Positions 21,301 through 29,905 of a stretch of 64,000 nucleotides of DNA are shown here, in pieces (within the stretch, counting starts at the first letter, position 1; every line of letters begins with the position of its first letter). Below the pieces are notes generated by a model that did no database searches, was not told the origin of the DNA, and saw nothing but the letters and a program-made list of their open reading frames with translations. This DNA comes from Phycisphaerae bacterium (GTDB lineage Bacteria > Planctomycetota > Phycisphaerae > UBA1845). Position numbers and translations under genes: made by a program. The stretch is taken from NCBI GenBank assembly GCA_963666835.2, contig CAXXGO010000005.1, positions 32,001 through 96,000 on the forward strand. The letters are read 5' to 3'.

Positions 21301-22147
21301 ATATGTTGTGATAATTGGGAAAGTACTTCCCCGCGATATGAACGGAATCACCGGTTTCGTCCGGATTGAAGAAGAGCTTCTTGTTGAATGCCGGTTTCAG
21401 CCCCCGGGCCTGAAACCAAGGCTCTCGAAACTCGAACGGACACTCGCCCTGCAATGCGCCGAGACGACCGGCTACCTTGCTGGCCTGATAGAGACCGCGA
21501 GCCAATTGCAGGTTGAACGACGATTGTATTCCACGAGGGCTCGTCCCCCCGGTAAGGCAAGTGATCGTCGGCGAGTGGGGCGCGGGTGTCAGGCCGGCAT
21601 CGCACATCGCCGGATAGTACTGCGTTTCGTGAGGGCATTGTTCGAAGGCCCAGTAGGGCTGCCCGGCAAGCCAACCAGCGCTGTAGCGATAGCCGTGCCA
21701 CGAGATGTCTTCTCCAGGGTGCCAGCGGGCCTCGGTCCACGGGAGGAAGAAGTCCCACGAGTGCTGCTGCAGGGTGCCGGCCGTGCCCACTTGTGGCGCG
21801 GGTTCGGGACTGCCCAAAGTACTCATCTGGTTGCGGTAGACGAGTGAGCCGGCGCGCAGCGTGAAGTTGAGCCCCAGTTGCGGCGCCGCTCCCGAGAATA
21901 GGATGACGCCGTCCTGTTGCGCCAGTTGAGTGTGCGGAGCCCGATCCGGATGGAGCATGCGGTCTTCCGGGCCGGGGCCCACGCACAAAAACGCCTTGCT
22001 CGGTGGGACGGAGTTCATGAACTTCGACAGCCCATCGCGCGTCGTTGTGTCAATGTCCGCGGTTACGCCGGCCGCATAGCCGAGCATGACTGCGGTAGCC
22101 GCCACCGTTGCCCATCTCCCGGACCCGTTACTCTGACAAATGGTCAT
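12356..22147 (-). CDS. Giant Rhs/YD-repeat polymorphic toxin (3263 aa) with signal peptide and acidic Ca-binding-type repeats
   Basis: Many YD repeats, Rhs core TGLYYNRARYYDP, PVNNRDPRG boundary motif, repeated DDDGDGLIDED, N-terminal signal-like segment. Confidence 0.93.
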   Translation of the reverse strand: MTICQSNGSGRWATVAATAVMLGYAAGVTADIDTTTRDGLSKFMNSVPPSKAFLCVGPGPEDRMLHPDRAPHTQLAQQDGVILFSGAAPQLGLNFTLRAGSLVYRNQMSTLGSPEPAPQVGTAGTLQQHSWDFFLPWTEARWHPGEDISWHGYRYSAGWLAGQPYWAFEQCPHETQYYPAMCDAGLTPAPHSPTITCLTGGTSPRGIQSSFNLQLARGLYQASKVAGRLGALQGECPFEFREPWFQARGLKPAFNKKLFFNPDETGDSVHIAGKYFPNYHNIYTYETLELDGGSLSIDFERSATWPRQDVTRDANGRAVDGGAVSGASVARRAVDAYENQVIFDRVPKYGWETDYKIPPWDADLSHDTYAKLIPKAYGPTPNAWRLPHKRLRTVELFSADAIANGDEPEWTIAFVYEHPDSDRISPLDTPWKTPEPWREWKSIYSHLPQSEWEFGRLPELLDETTLLTVQAYRRKDDETAFDINGAPFRDDLHVWGSTTDNVEPWAVRRKINVRDTNDDGFPGERNHDDDGDGLIDEDSRGNLPYLYNDDPEVDWDCATCQAAVATGDTTVEMCWSNPGTEDAEPLATGNEDDLPSGDPCLNPRYWAWLYDNHGTDVAVIRDPLAHLGDDATPPTTVVDRDGDTNGDEQPGEAGVDDDGDGLIDEDTNGYQAYLKVGRSDCAFCQDLLQNGTTIDSRCYDDEGVILQSHDHSFEEEYTDANNNHEYDDGEAFVDLDGDGTWDSVIHCDNPLYWRPGATGNDPKDRMDPFAHWDDDEDGMIDEDGTDNPLLVHIRAIHKDDICAAGKHPFLPATAGADGAVMPDSNDRTAHCLPVEEAASDPWVYQVQYVYARSNPYWLLSARDGAGNQVALEVPKYYYHPPFTEPFNDANNDGIADAGEFVDINNNGAFDEFAGNVHPDCLPHPDFRGPQGRIEEETEEEGVELTVFDPVAPSGINLIKRIVRVRDDIANPDNYVERVWLYRYNDAGFLKAVFDPPSVQAILDADENLNEPDDILRLADTAPVGPAGAQQALIMYASTWYTYYNPYMLGDEGIPDCYDEPPFVGDCADHLGSRLDLDNPMAYLPVNGCDGEYLWQDGYSDEMHTDPDCSDLVRNDCGACFARLACGERSHTCPDPICSCYDGVAFDATMLTQLGIPGAQPRFRKYLIKTARVRGGDGGMHLYRFDYLGAASSVYAGAELTSYADPHNITIVDEIVEQTDEEIPGDVDERNDFYIYEDEFRLTLDAAETRDAIADGYDTTSHYLYMPAKVKTRRVVVMNYYGIALSDRLILTPGYDGIQTSLVDDQQYELVNKRGQTGQVFDESWVAALRDGGQHAVKTTGRVLTQLFGGEGGWHTVLTGIAKGSAGGNLYNQQCKTPDVVEDVPVQRVTPDQLNVVTLTKHFERTPEGSGPNKPTVLDLPETEATYYAPMAGSNLTFSTESTSGCIHDPAGTIGAEVTCLDEEAAECTDDTSGCSCPDGGTCNDYLRYVDLHNQDAAEVTYDAIPPAIASGDSTKDGVSLVNYHYEFHQKNDHQNSVEWKWRWEEAVSTDQGGTGNIALELWYFDRSGRLRLHGRGAGVAGADDDPPQPAMPFYYDYTGYDESGRNIIEVRDIDTGKIHVDEEGDGITPAIAGFNWPTSGGSYGRKGSANAKNITTLLLREGSSERVTSRIVGQLTTDVLDRLDHSIESNEWTASDFVEGDMTRTDYAVLSNRTIRYEEVNGAVSLQWRDPYSYSIEHTGVHVGNSDVQVHGTTTVKVVDKGGRFVEQRVIAWNPARQGATGKNMTDKIDDFGWAVSLLDYDHDGAIAGWTGEDGVVPGDNWIPCGSSTPCLGYVQGNNTENWTPPIPTQTQGDETTINWPPGAADQIITLARTAKEYRQASTLKPTHDISYNDFKQPPDSGPDRRTVVREFTYDLEDRIARQKEPDGTIKRMLFDSKRRPTKVFNGSADGCADWFPRVFATEDDDMVLSEERLYNDGDPDYESNDQSVPGNEDFPYDAGRLVRTRRFTDSPEACNTAFNEDTPSRDTQYVYDWRGRAVITKEVVVDGAGHGRADPALLSATATVFDNLDRPVIVATWPPDGILPTLDEIEAWTKLAPEIAVNQVCTREGLQTPQTLSLTLYDERGRTYEQRTYEPGAPDHYTYTRTFRDDLNRVTASLTPTGITVNEYDSLGRVVRTSFCSEEHPDTPGTCGGYELTRTERTYDAFGNVLCEIRRDRMHDYATTGIMGPYSGALITYAYNWYDPYTKRLVATANFGTNAATGYTTSFNPPTGFTGDPSGWPDAPTWDGSKYVIGTTNLTGNALVTLYDYDAAGRRDFVRDPKGIVTKTWFDLLGHTLLVAENWNPGDANYEGPVRYTAHHYTRGGLPDMMVAIIPSNPASYLDITPTSITWTEDADADFAATEVTVPNATVQATRYVYSAELVDGTDHSPSTAVSHAPTLVGVIQYPARDTGQPDPLNALTFKYTVDGRLARRTDQRDVSLDFYYDGNAGCSSCSASPGNQPTEVRVSYPAGDPPSISDACYKTIDHLAFGYNTRRQLTSAQQYCSADTLSNQVLFEYDAFGNLISETLNPRTAASESMTRKVDYNWQWEGNQNRVTGISYPHELDATADFAVEFSYNGQSWTDAIGRMTGVSEVDGTSNPLIAYTATGGGRNVKKAWGGNAVALDYTTASALDRFGRITSMGFKRNGASTLHRYEYGYDANGNRTYAKINQAGHANNRSFLYGYDNLNRLVYAERGVLDTSVPVIDNGGTGRAWNLDVLGNWSGDQTNQRSVIDYTFSSGNPGYSSGDTVTAYTHHDTDATNQIVQHHYDAHPQPPTSFDTTDFHYDKAGNVILDNKHFYKYDAWNRVVRVNERGTLAVSGDAFTGTSGGAVAWYKYDALGRRIYKGVFDPSDQEWDGDYFYYDGHRVLEHRKTNAAGTAVEPHRRYVYGLDYIDEVVAYYDTGSADPNPHFVLQDANYDVVGVTDHQGYLEQQYSYAPYGAYQHIEDGSGVRYNNMDADLTALLIPLGRNGLILDRETGLYYNRARYYDPLLSRFLQADPNGTGMGQSCSLAYGGQTFGTSFSLSARVQYGDGMNLYQYLSGRPVNNRDPRGLCNEGDVCYDLETQVVPGLLNPDEAKYVGFSLAAADVYMAVTYAQSFKGPIVFECNKWNAPKYFEENSMAIAAVPLIRAFTRKGGFSIWYRYRCKACVDPWWSSSFWAEAIDGWKWKRCPVRVLPSVEPGESHLGFSSELQKKLINDCAIKTQALVEQKCATQKRCPE

Positions 22148-22321
22148 CGAATCACCCTCGCAACCCGGCGCCGAATGCGCCTTCCTCGAACATCCACTGC
22201 GTCTTTCCGCGTGGTCTATCGTTTCGTCCTCTTAATCCGGCGCGTGATCGCGTCGTTAATGCGTCCGCTCGTTCAACCGGCCGGTCGCCGACCCTGTTTC
22301 GCCGATGTCTCGTGCCTCCGG

Positions 22322-25300
22322 CTAGCTCTTGCCCGGCGGGTAGATCGGCACGGGGTCAGGTGGGATCAGCGGACCGGTAGGCTGCGGCGCGCACCACCAA
22401 ATGTAGTTCTCGGTCTCATCGCCCTCGGCACACTGGCACTCCGTCCCTTCGCCGCAAAGCCTGTTTTTCGGCTCGCACGGTTCGCTCGGCCGAACGACGA
22501 TCCGCCCGATCCTCATCTCCGCCTGGGTGCGACACCGCCCGCTTGGGCAGTCCCTTCCGTACAGCGCTCGCTGGGCCGCCCACGTCGCATTCCGAACGTT
22601 AATCGCGTGTTCATTCCCCCCATCCGCCAGCTCTTCCATCTTGTGCATGAAGGGGTAGCCAGGGCTCAAGCACATACATTGGGCTGGGTTCGGGCACGTG
22701 TTGTACATGCAGGGGTTACAGAAGTTCGACTGCTCTTGGTCGATCGTCCCATCCAGATCACAGTCGGTCAGATGCGTATTAGAGTCGCAGGCGTCGCCGA
22801 TACCATCACCATCTGCGTCAGCCTGATCCGGATTCGGTGTCGTGGGGCAGTTGTCGCAATCACTGCACTCTATCGCCTCTGCCTGATAGGCTTTACATTC
22901 GCCGTGCAAGTACTGCACGCAGACGAGTTTCACAGAGCCATCTTCTTCGACCGCTAATTCGTAGTCGGGAGAACCATCACAGTCTGTATCCGGCCGAACG
23001 GCGCCGGGCACTGGAGCCGCGCAACCATCTGGAGGTTCCCAAGCGGAATCGCACCTGTCCGGAGTCCCATTCCGGTCCGCGTCAGCCTGGTCTGGATTCC
23101 AGTTGCCACGCACGCTTGTTCTTCCGTTACGACAGTAATCGCAGGACTCGCCGACGCCGTCCGGGAGGCGGACCTTCCAGTCTTCAGACCACGTAGGAAT
23201 GGTATCCTCATCCACACCTCCGCCATAACAATACGGGCAAAGGTCTGTTATATCGGGGTCCCCGTCCCCGTCGGCATCTAGTTTGTCTACCGTACATGAC
23301 GCCTCAGAGCGGCACGGGTTGAAGACATTGCATGTGTTCTCCGGACAGTTGTTTTCGCTGTCGGGTCGCAGGCATTCGCAGGCCACTGGTTTCGAGAACC
23401 ACCAATCCGGATCGCACCAGTCGCCGATTCCGTCGCAGTCGCTGTCCGGCTGCCACAGATCCCCTTCCTCGAGCCCCCAGTTGGTTTGAGCGCAGTCGTA
23501 GTCATACCCATAGTCGCGCTCACGAGGAGGATCAGAGTCAAAGGGGATACGTGGGTTAAACACATCGGGACAGTTGTCGAAGACGTCAAAGACGCCGTCT
23601 TGGTCAGGATCGAATTCGGAGTAGACTCGGTCACATGCGTCCCCCCAGCCATCCCCGTCCGAGTCGACCTGTCTTCCGTTACTCATATTCGGGCAGTTAT
23701 CCATGCAATCGGCAATGCCGCATGTGCCACTAGCCAAGTCGCCGGGGGGATCGGTCAGCTCGCAATAGGTTTGTTCCCAGGCCTCGCGTGTGACGGTATC
23801 GACGAACCAGCACTTGCCCGGATTGTCAGAGCTATCGGGATCGGCCAACGGATCACAGCAGTAGTCGTCTTGCTGATAGGGATTGCAGGCATGTACGCCG
23901 ACACCGTCACGCTGAAAACAGTCGCCGTAGCCAAGGTGCTCGGGTGACCCATTCCCGGTATTTAGGAATCCCGCATGAAAGTACTCGCTGCAGAGCACGC
24001 TGGGCGAAGTACTCCATGTGTCGGGCGAAGTGCTGTCCGGTCCGTTTGTCTTGCACGTTGGCGCCTGGTTATTACTCGTCAGGCGGAGCATTATTCCACG
24101 TTGAGTGTACGGCTGAAGCTCTCCCAATTCGTGGTAGCGGTAGTCGTTGGGATGGTGTGGGGCGTAGCATTCATTGGTGGCGCAAGTTCCGCTACTGGTG
24201 CGAATGTGCAACGCAACCGCCTCGCCCCCTCCGTTCCAGACGAGTCCGGCGCTTGTGGTTGTGTAGTGGCGTGAGCTATCGATGAATATCGTGAATCGGA
24301 ACCACTCCGCTATTGGGTAGTTGCGGTCGGCATCCTGCATGACCGGATCGACGTCGGCGCCACAACCGCGGCAACGCCCCGTTTGCACCCAGATGCTGCC
24401 CTCACCGGCCACGGCCGGGTCGTCGCGGAATTGGACGTGTACGCGCCGGGCATAATCGGGAGGAACGGGGCTGGTGCTCTCGATACAGGGATCGAGCACA
24501 TAGAGATCGTAAACAGCACCGTCGGTGTTGTCGATGAAGAGATCAACCTCAATCGCGGTAACTCCCCACTCGTCGGGCTCCGCACCGCACAAGCCCTGTT
24601 GTGTGTCTACGAACTCCGCGTCCGGGAGGATGAGCCCGGGGCCTTCGAGAGCCCACGTAGAGTACCCGTCGACGGCTTGAGCGTAGTCGAGAGTCATCGC
24701 CGCGACGTGCGCATAGGTGCCTTCCGACAGGCCGACAACGTCACTCTCGTCATCCACCACGTACACGCAATGCTCGGCAGATTCGGGTCCGAGCGTTCGC
24801 CATGCGGCGGCAGCGTCCTGCGGAAGAAACAGGCCGAGCGTCGTTTCGCTGGGAGACAGCCCGTCGAAATCTTCCTCGTATGTGAGGTCGGACATGCTGC
24901 TGATATTGCATGCTGCGGGCGCGAGGAAGGTGCAGCCGGACGTGCTGCCTGCGCATTCGCGGGCGGCCTGACAGATGTCGTCAGCACCGTCGTGGTCGCA
25001 ATCGCAATCGCATTCACCCTCTTCGGTGCAGCCTCGCAACGCAAGCGTATCAGCAATGTCGCAGTCATCACCGCCTTCGCAGATGTCCAGATCGGTGTGC
25101 ACGCCATCTTGGTCGCGATCCTCAGCCGGTGTGGCGCCGCAGCGATTCGGACCGGGTTGGCATTCGTCACCGAGACCGTCGCGGTTGCAGTCTTGCTGGT
25201 CGGGATTCGGGCAGTGCGGGCAGTTGTCGCAGATGTCGGTAAGCCCATCGGCATCGTAGTCGGTTGCTCGCGAACAGAAGATGTCAGCAATGGCTAAGGC

Positions 25301-26329
25301 TACGTCGAGTGCCGTACCCGGCGTAGTGCTATGGGGCGGATACGGTGCGATCCGGGTGAGATTGCCAACTGCTTGCGGGGAGGCGCAATCTCCGACGTTT
25401 GTGATTTCGTGAAGCAAACCGTCGCGTCCCGGTTCAAAGGGATGCAAACAGTAGTCGGGGACCGTGCCGTACGGTTCGGCGTTCTCCACACAATCATCGC
25501 CGTTATCGTGGTAAACGAGACGCCAGTCAGGACCGAGGCGAAGCGCGCTCACCGTGATACCGGCCTCGCGCGCGGCATCGGCAGCTTGACGAATATGGCA
25601 GGCCCGGTTGCAGTACTCGTTGTTGTAACACGCCGCGGTAGCAGAGGCGCAGTCGTCCGTATCTTCGTCCGCTGGGTCACATTCCGGGTCGAAACCGCCG
25701 TAGCATTTCGGGGGACATGGAAGCGGGAGCCGGTACTCGCCTGTCGTGAGCAGAACGATGTGTTTGTCGACATTCGTGAGATCCGGATCGGCAAGTATGG
25801 CAATGGCTTCGCGGATGCCCGTCTCCATGAGGGCGGCTGAGTAATGGTCGGAGTGTTCGAGATCGAGGACCTTTTCGATAAGATAGATACGCGTGCGTTC
25901 AGTGAGAAGCTGGGTTAACGGCAGCCAATGGCGAGACCATTCATACTCGGGGGCTCCGTGCGGCGTGTACTGGATCACGGCAAACGCGTTGCTTCCGCCG
26001 GTCCACAGACCGGGGAGATTGAGGAACTCAGCGATACCGCCCTTGGCCAGCTCGAAGTAGTCCGGCCCAACACGAGGGAACATGCTGGTGGACCCATCAA
26101 CCACGAATACCGTGGCCGTTTCAATGGCTGGTGGCGGATCCGTGGGAGATCTTGTGTAGCAGCCCGTTGCGTCGCAGTAGATATCCTCGACGATATCGTC
26201 GGGAATAGGGAGCTCGATTTCGGCCTGGCTGGGGGTGGGTTCGGCGGTCCAGTTGAGGACGCCGTAGAACAGCGCTACGCAGAGGCCGACGAGTAGCGAT
26301 ACGAGTACTTTCCTTCTGAGCAAGAACAT
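22322..26329 (-). CDS. Secreted vWA-domain protein with thrombospondin type-3 repeats
   Basis: TM/signal segment; MIDAS-like VVDGSTSM, IVLLTTGE; DNCP...NPDQADADGDGIGDAC repeats. Confidence 0.85.
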   Translation of the reverse strand: MFLLRRKVLVSLLVGLCVALFYGVLNWTAEPTPSQAEIELPIPDDIVEDIYCDATGCYTRSPTDPPPAIETATVFVVDGSTSMFPRVGPDYFELAKGGIAEFLNLPGLWTGGSNAFAVIQYTPHGAPEYEWSRHWLPLTQLLTERTRIYLIEKVLDLEHSDHYSAALMETGIREAIAILADPDLTNVDKHIVLLTTGEYRLPLPCPPKCYGGFDPECDPADEDTDDCASATAACYNNEYCNRACHIRQAADAAREAGITVSALRLGPDWRLVYHDNGDDCVENAEPYGTVPDYCLHPFEPGRDGLLHEITNVGDCASPQAVGNLTRIAPYPPHSTTPGTALDVALAIADIFCSRATDYDADGLTDICDNCPHCPNPDQQDCNRDGLGDECQPGPNRCGATPAEDRDQDGVHTDLDICEGGDDCDIADTLALRGCTEEGECDCDCDHDGADDICQAARECAGSTSGCTFLAPAACNISSMSDLTYEEDFDGLSPSETTLGLFLPQDAAAAWRTLGPESAEHCVYVVDDESDVVGLSEGTYAHVAAMTLDYAQAVDGYSTWALEGPGLILPDAEFVDTQQGLCGAEPDEWGVTAIEVDLFIDNTDGAVYDLYVLDPCIESTSPVPPDYARRVHVQFRDDPAVAGEGSIWVQTGRCRGCGADVDPVMQDADRNYPIAEWFRFTIFIDSSRHYTTTSAGLVWNGGGEAVALHIRTSSGTCATNECYAPHHPNDYRYHELGELQPYTQRGIMLRLTSNNQAPTCKTNGPDSTSPDTWSTSPSVLCSEYFHAGFLNTGNGSPEHLGYGDCFQRDGVGVHACNPYQQDDYCCDPLADPDSSDNPGKCWFVDTVTREAWEQTYCELTDPPGDLASGTCGIADCMDNCPNMSNGRQVDSDGDGWGDACDRVYSEFDPDQDGVFDVFDNCPDVFNPRIPFDSDPPRERDYGYDYDCAQTNWGLEEGDLWQPDSDCDGIGDWCDPDWWFSKPVACECLRPDSENNCPENTCNVFNPCRSEASCTVDKLDADGDGDPDITDLCPYCYGGGVDEDTIPTWSEDWKVRLPDGVGESCDYCRNGRTSVRGNWNPDQADADRNGTPDRCDSAWEPPDGCAAPVPGAVRPDTDCDGSPDYELAVEEDGSVKLVCVQYLHGECKAYQAEAIECSDCDNCPTTPNPDQADADGDGIGDACDSNTHLTDCDLDGTIDQEQSNFCNPCMYNTCPNPAQCMCLSPGYPFMHKMEELADGGNEHAINVRNATWAAQRALYGRDCPSGRCRTQAEMRIGRIVVRPSEPCEPKNRLCGEGTECQCAEGDETENYIWWCAPQPTGPLIPPDPVPIYPPGKS

Positions 26330-26572
26330 AGTCCGCCCCTTAGCTGGGGAACCCCTCGTGGGTCCGGTGTTGCCGTGTTTCCTAGTGGGGTATGCCCCTG
26401 CCGACGTACAGGGCAGGTGGAGGCCAGCAAGCAGTACCCCGACCGTTGCAGGGTTATCGGCAGAGTGTTGGGGGCACTGAAGAGCGAATCAATTGTCGCT
26501 TGGCGCGGGGGCGCGAGGTGCAGTAGCCGCTGAGCGGTACAATCTGGGGATACCGACGGGCCTCCCATCGTT

Positions 26573-27025
26573 GATGGCAGAGATCCGCAAGGACAAGCGC
26601 TACTACGTTCTGGCGTAGGTCCCCAAGGACTTTGCCGTCAAGGAGCAGTGGCCGAGCATCAAGGCCGTTGGCATGGCGGTCCGGGTGACCGAAGCGGCTG
26701 ATGGCACCGCCGCGGGCGATGTGCGGTACTTCATCGCAGGCCGATACCTGTCGGCGGCCCGCTTCGCCGGGGCCGTACGCGGCCACTGGGGCATCGAAAA
26801 CACGCTGCACTTGGTGCTTGATGTGACCTTGGACGAGGACCAGACGCGTACGCGCGAGCGCCACATGGCCAACAATCTCTCCTGGCTCCGCCGCTTCGCA
26901 ATCAGCCTTCTGAAACGGCACCCGTCGAAACACAGCACCAACGGCAAGAGCCAGATGCCGGCTGGAACAATGACTTTCTAATGGAAGCCCTTATGGCGCA
27001 AGCGGTTTAATGTGCGCTGGCCCTG
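26573..27025 (+). mobile_element. ISAs1-family transposase remnant with right terminal IR
   Basis: VRGHWGIENTLHLVLDVTLDED motif, in-frame TAG at 26616, frameshifted tail, end ...TGCGCTGGCCCTG. Confidence 0.85.
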
Positions 27026-27233
27026 CGGCAAGCCCCCAAACGGTGCTCGCAATCAGTCGAGCAGAGGCCTCGATGATGGGCATTGGCTGTGATGTAGGCG
27101 AATCGGGGCAGGTGATGACGCTAGCGCTTGATTCCGGCTTCCCGATCCGGATAGAATGGCGCCTGCGACGGGGGATGGAGGCACGCGCCTACCGAAATCT
27201 CCCAGGAGCGCAATTCGGCTTGCGGAGGATGCG

Positions 27234-28394
27234 ATGATGCGAAGACTCATGACGACGGTGGTGTTCTTGTTCTGGCCAGCTTCCTCGATTCTCGCGCAGG
27301 CGAGCTTCCAGGCGCTGGGGTATCTGCCGGGCGAGGGCCGTGAGTGCTACGCCTACGGCGTGTCGGCCGATGGTTCGGTTGCGGTTGGCATGAGCAGTTC
27401 TGCGGGCTCTCCTCCGGGAGGAATGGAGGCCTATCGCTGGACGCAGAGCGCTGGTATGACCGGGCTCGGCTACTTGCCCGGGAGCGATCCATACAGCTTG
27501 TCGCTCGCCGTCTCTGCTGACGGGTCGACCGTTGTTGGGCGGGATGACTCCGCCGTTTACTCTGCGGGCATTCGGCAGGCTTTCCGTTGGACGCAGGGGA
27601 CGGGCATGGTGGGGCTCGGCGACTTGCCAGGGGGAGAGCATATCAGTATGGCTCGCGGGGTCTCTGCTGATGGGTCCGTCGTCGTTGGTGCGGGTAATTA
27701 CAATGGCGCTGCTCCCGAGGCTTTTCGTTGGGAGAACGACGCCATGGTCGGACTGGGCGATCTGGCCGGTGGGGAGTTCTTCAGTGATGCGCACGGGGTG
27801 TCGGCGGATGGCAGCGTTGTAGTTGGGGCGAGTCACTCTGACTCCGGCTTTGAGGCTTTCCGCTGGGAGAACGGAACGATGGTGGGTCTCGGGAGCCTGG
27901 GAGGTCAGAGCCTCGCCAATGCAGTATCGGCAGATGGAGCAGTTGTTGTTGGTTGCTACAGTAGTCCACATTACGCTTTCCGGTGGACTGAGGAGACCGG
28001 AATGCAGGGCTTAGGGCCGCTGCCCGGCGAGTCACTTGCCGTGTCAGCGGACGGTTCGGTAATAGTCGGCAAGTACACGATTTCTGGGCATCCTACGGAC
28101 GAAGCTTTCGTGTGGGAATCATCTGCCGGAGTACGGAACCTCAAGGGGATGCTGGAAGATGATTACGGCCTTGATCTCAGCGAGTGGACGCTCAAAGAGG
28201 CGACTGGCGTCTCTTGGGATGGTCTGACGTTCGTTGGGACGGGTTTCAATGCTGACGGGCACAACGCCGCCTGGATTGCACATATTCCCGAACCCGGCAC
28301 CCTGTCTCTGCTTGTCTTCGGTGTCCCGGCGGTCCTCCGACGAAGGCTTTTCTGCGCCAGACAACAGACGCGGGAGCTGCAAGCCGTAATCTAG
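27234..28394 (+). CDS. PEP-CTERM protein with HAF-type extracellular repeats
   Basis: Repeats GVSADGSVVVG...EAFRW...GMVGLG; IPEPGTLSLL tail. Confidence 0.9.
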   Translation: MMRRLMTTVVFLFWPASSILAQASFQALGYLPGEGRECYAYGVSADGSVAVGMSSSAGSPPGGMEAYRWTQSAGMTGLGYLPGSDPYSLSLAVSADGSTVVGRDDSAVYSAGIRQAFRWTQGTGMVGLGDLPGGEHISMARGVSADGSVVVGAGNYNGAAPEAFRWENDAMVGLGDLAGGEFFSDAHGVSADGSVVVGASHSDSGFEAFRWENGTMVGLGSLGGQSLANAVSADGAVVVGCYSSPHYAFRWTEETGMQGLGPLPGESLAVSADGSVIVGKYTISGHPTDEAFVWESSAGVRNLKGMLEDDYGLDLSEWTLKEATGVSWDGLTFVGTGFNADGHNAAWIAHIPEPGTLSLLVFGVPAVLRRRLFCARQQTRELQAVI

Positions 28395-28565
28395 CGCGTC
28401 CGGTTTCGTGGGGAGCCCCGTGCAGCCCGGAGTCCTGCCGCCACCGATTATGGTTGATTCGGCTTATCTCGCTCTGTAAAGTGGGAAGTTAGATGGAGTT
28501 CATATGCTAAACGGGATGGGTGGGCCACAGTCCGCTGGTGATCTGCAGTTTCGGAGGGACCGAAC

Positions 28566-29804
28566 ATGGCGACTTCTTACGAGATCGGCTTGATGCCTAG
28601 TCTCTTGGCTTGGCTTGTGGCCGCGCTTGTTCTCGGAGTTGGCTACGCGTCAGGCGCGGGCGACGGTCATTGGTTTGACGTTGATGGTGGCGCGTGTTGC
28701 GTCGGGACCGGGTGCCTCTCTGAGCTGACGGAGGAGTTCTGCACGGATCTCGTCGGCGGCTGGTTTGCGGGGCCGGGTACGCTGTGCCCCGAGCCCTGCA
28801 GGCAGGGCGCGTGTTGCATGCCGGACGGTCCGTGCGAGGACGGAACCTACGAAGGCCACTGCCTCGATGTTGGCGGTGTCTGGCAAGGGCCTGACACGGA
28901 TTGCGAAACGGCACCGTGCCCTGGGGCATGTTGCCACTCGGACGGAACGTGCTCAGTCCTCTCGGAAGATGCATGCCTGGCGTCTGGCGGAGCCGCGTGG
29001 GTTGGTGGAGACGCCCATTGCGAAGCGATCTCCTGCCTTGGGGCTTGCTGTCTCAACAGCCTGTGTGTTCCAACGCAGAGCCTGGACAACTGCATGAGTG
29101 TCGATGGGGAGTGGGGTGGCCCTGGCATGCCGTGCGAGGCGGACTCCTGCAGTACAGGGGCCTGTTGTTTCGATGATGCGACGTGCGTGCCGAGGGAGAC
29201 CGAAGATGCTTGCGAAAGCGCGGATGGTGTCTGGATGGGGTTGTTCTCCGGCTGCGATCCGAGCCCATGTACGTGCATACTTGGCGCGGTCACATTCGTG
29301 AGCCCGCCTGATGGCACGCTGGACGCCCGGCAACCGCATCCGATTGACGACGCAACGATCCTCCAAGGTTGGGATACGTTTGTGGTCGACGCCCCGAGTA
29401 TGGACTTGGGCTGCTGGTCGGTTTCCGAGACTGGCGGGGGCACGAACAGTGTGGCGAGCGCCGATGGGACGGCCGGTTCGTTCACTATTATGCTGAGCCA
29501 TCCGATCGCGCCCGGGGAACTCACGGAGCTTACCTATACCACTCTGCGCGGGTATTCCCAGACTGGGACCTTCTTCTTTCTGCCAGGCGACGTTGATGGC
29601 AGCATGGAGGTTGAGCGCCTTGATCTTACCGGGTTGATCGGATGCCTGAATGCCGGACACTGTGACGAATGGCGGACGGACATCAATCGTAGCGGAGCAA
29701 CGAGCGCCGAGGATCTTCTGCGGCTGATCGATCTATTCAACGGTGCTCAATCGTTCGCGCCATGGGAGCATGAGACTGTGCCGAGCACGTGTCCGCTGGA
29801 ATGA
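28566..29804 (+). CDS. Secreted Cys-rich (GACC-repeat) protein with dockerin-like C-terminus
   Basis: Five GACC repeats; LPGDVDGS...DL and DINRSGATSAEDL. Confidence 0.82.
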   Translation: MATSYEIGLMPSLLAWLVAALVLGVGYASGAGDGHWFDVDGGACCVGTGCLSELTEEFCTDLVGGWFAGPGTLCPEPCRQGACCMPDGPCEDGTYEGHCLDVGGVWQGPDTDCETAPCPGACCHSDGTCSVLSEDACLASGGAAWVGGDAHCEAISCLGACCLNSLCVPTQSLDNCMSVDGEWGGPGMPCEADSCSTGACCFDDATCVPRETEDACESADGVWMGLFSGCDPSPCTCILGAVTFVSPPDGTLDARQPHPIDDATILQGWDTFVVDAPSMDLGCWSVSETGGGTNSVASADGTAGSFTIMLSHPIAPGELTELTYTTLRGYSQTGTFFFLPGDVDGSMEVERLDLTGLIGCLNAGHCDEWRTDINRSGATSAEDLLRLIDLFNGAQSFAPWEHETVPSTCPLE

Positions 29805-29905
29805 CGACGACTTCAGTCTGGCTCTGACTCTCATGCATCCCCCGTCGACACCGTAAGAGCCCAAGGATCAGGTGGTCGAGGGAGTGGGGTAGCGAGTCTC
29901 TATCC

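Noticed and set aside
13187..22957. Multiple long plus-strand ORFs opposite Rhs and vWA genes
   Set aside because: Antisense shadows in high-GC coding DNA.
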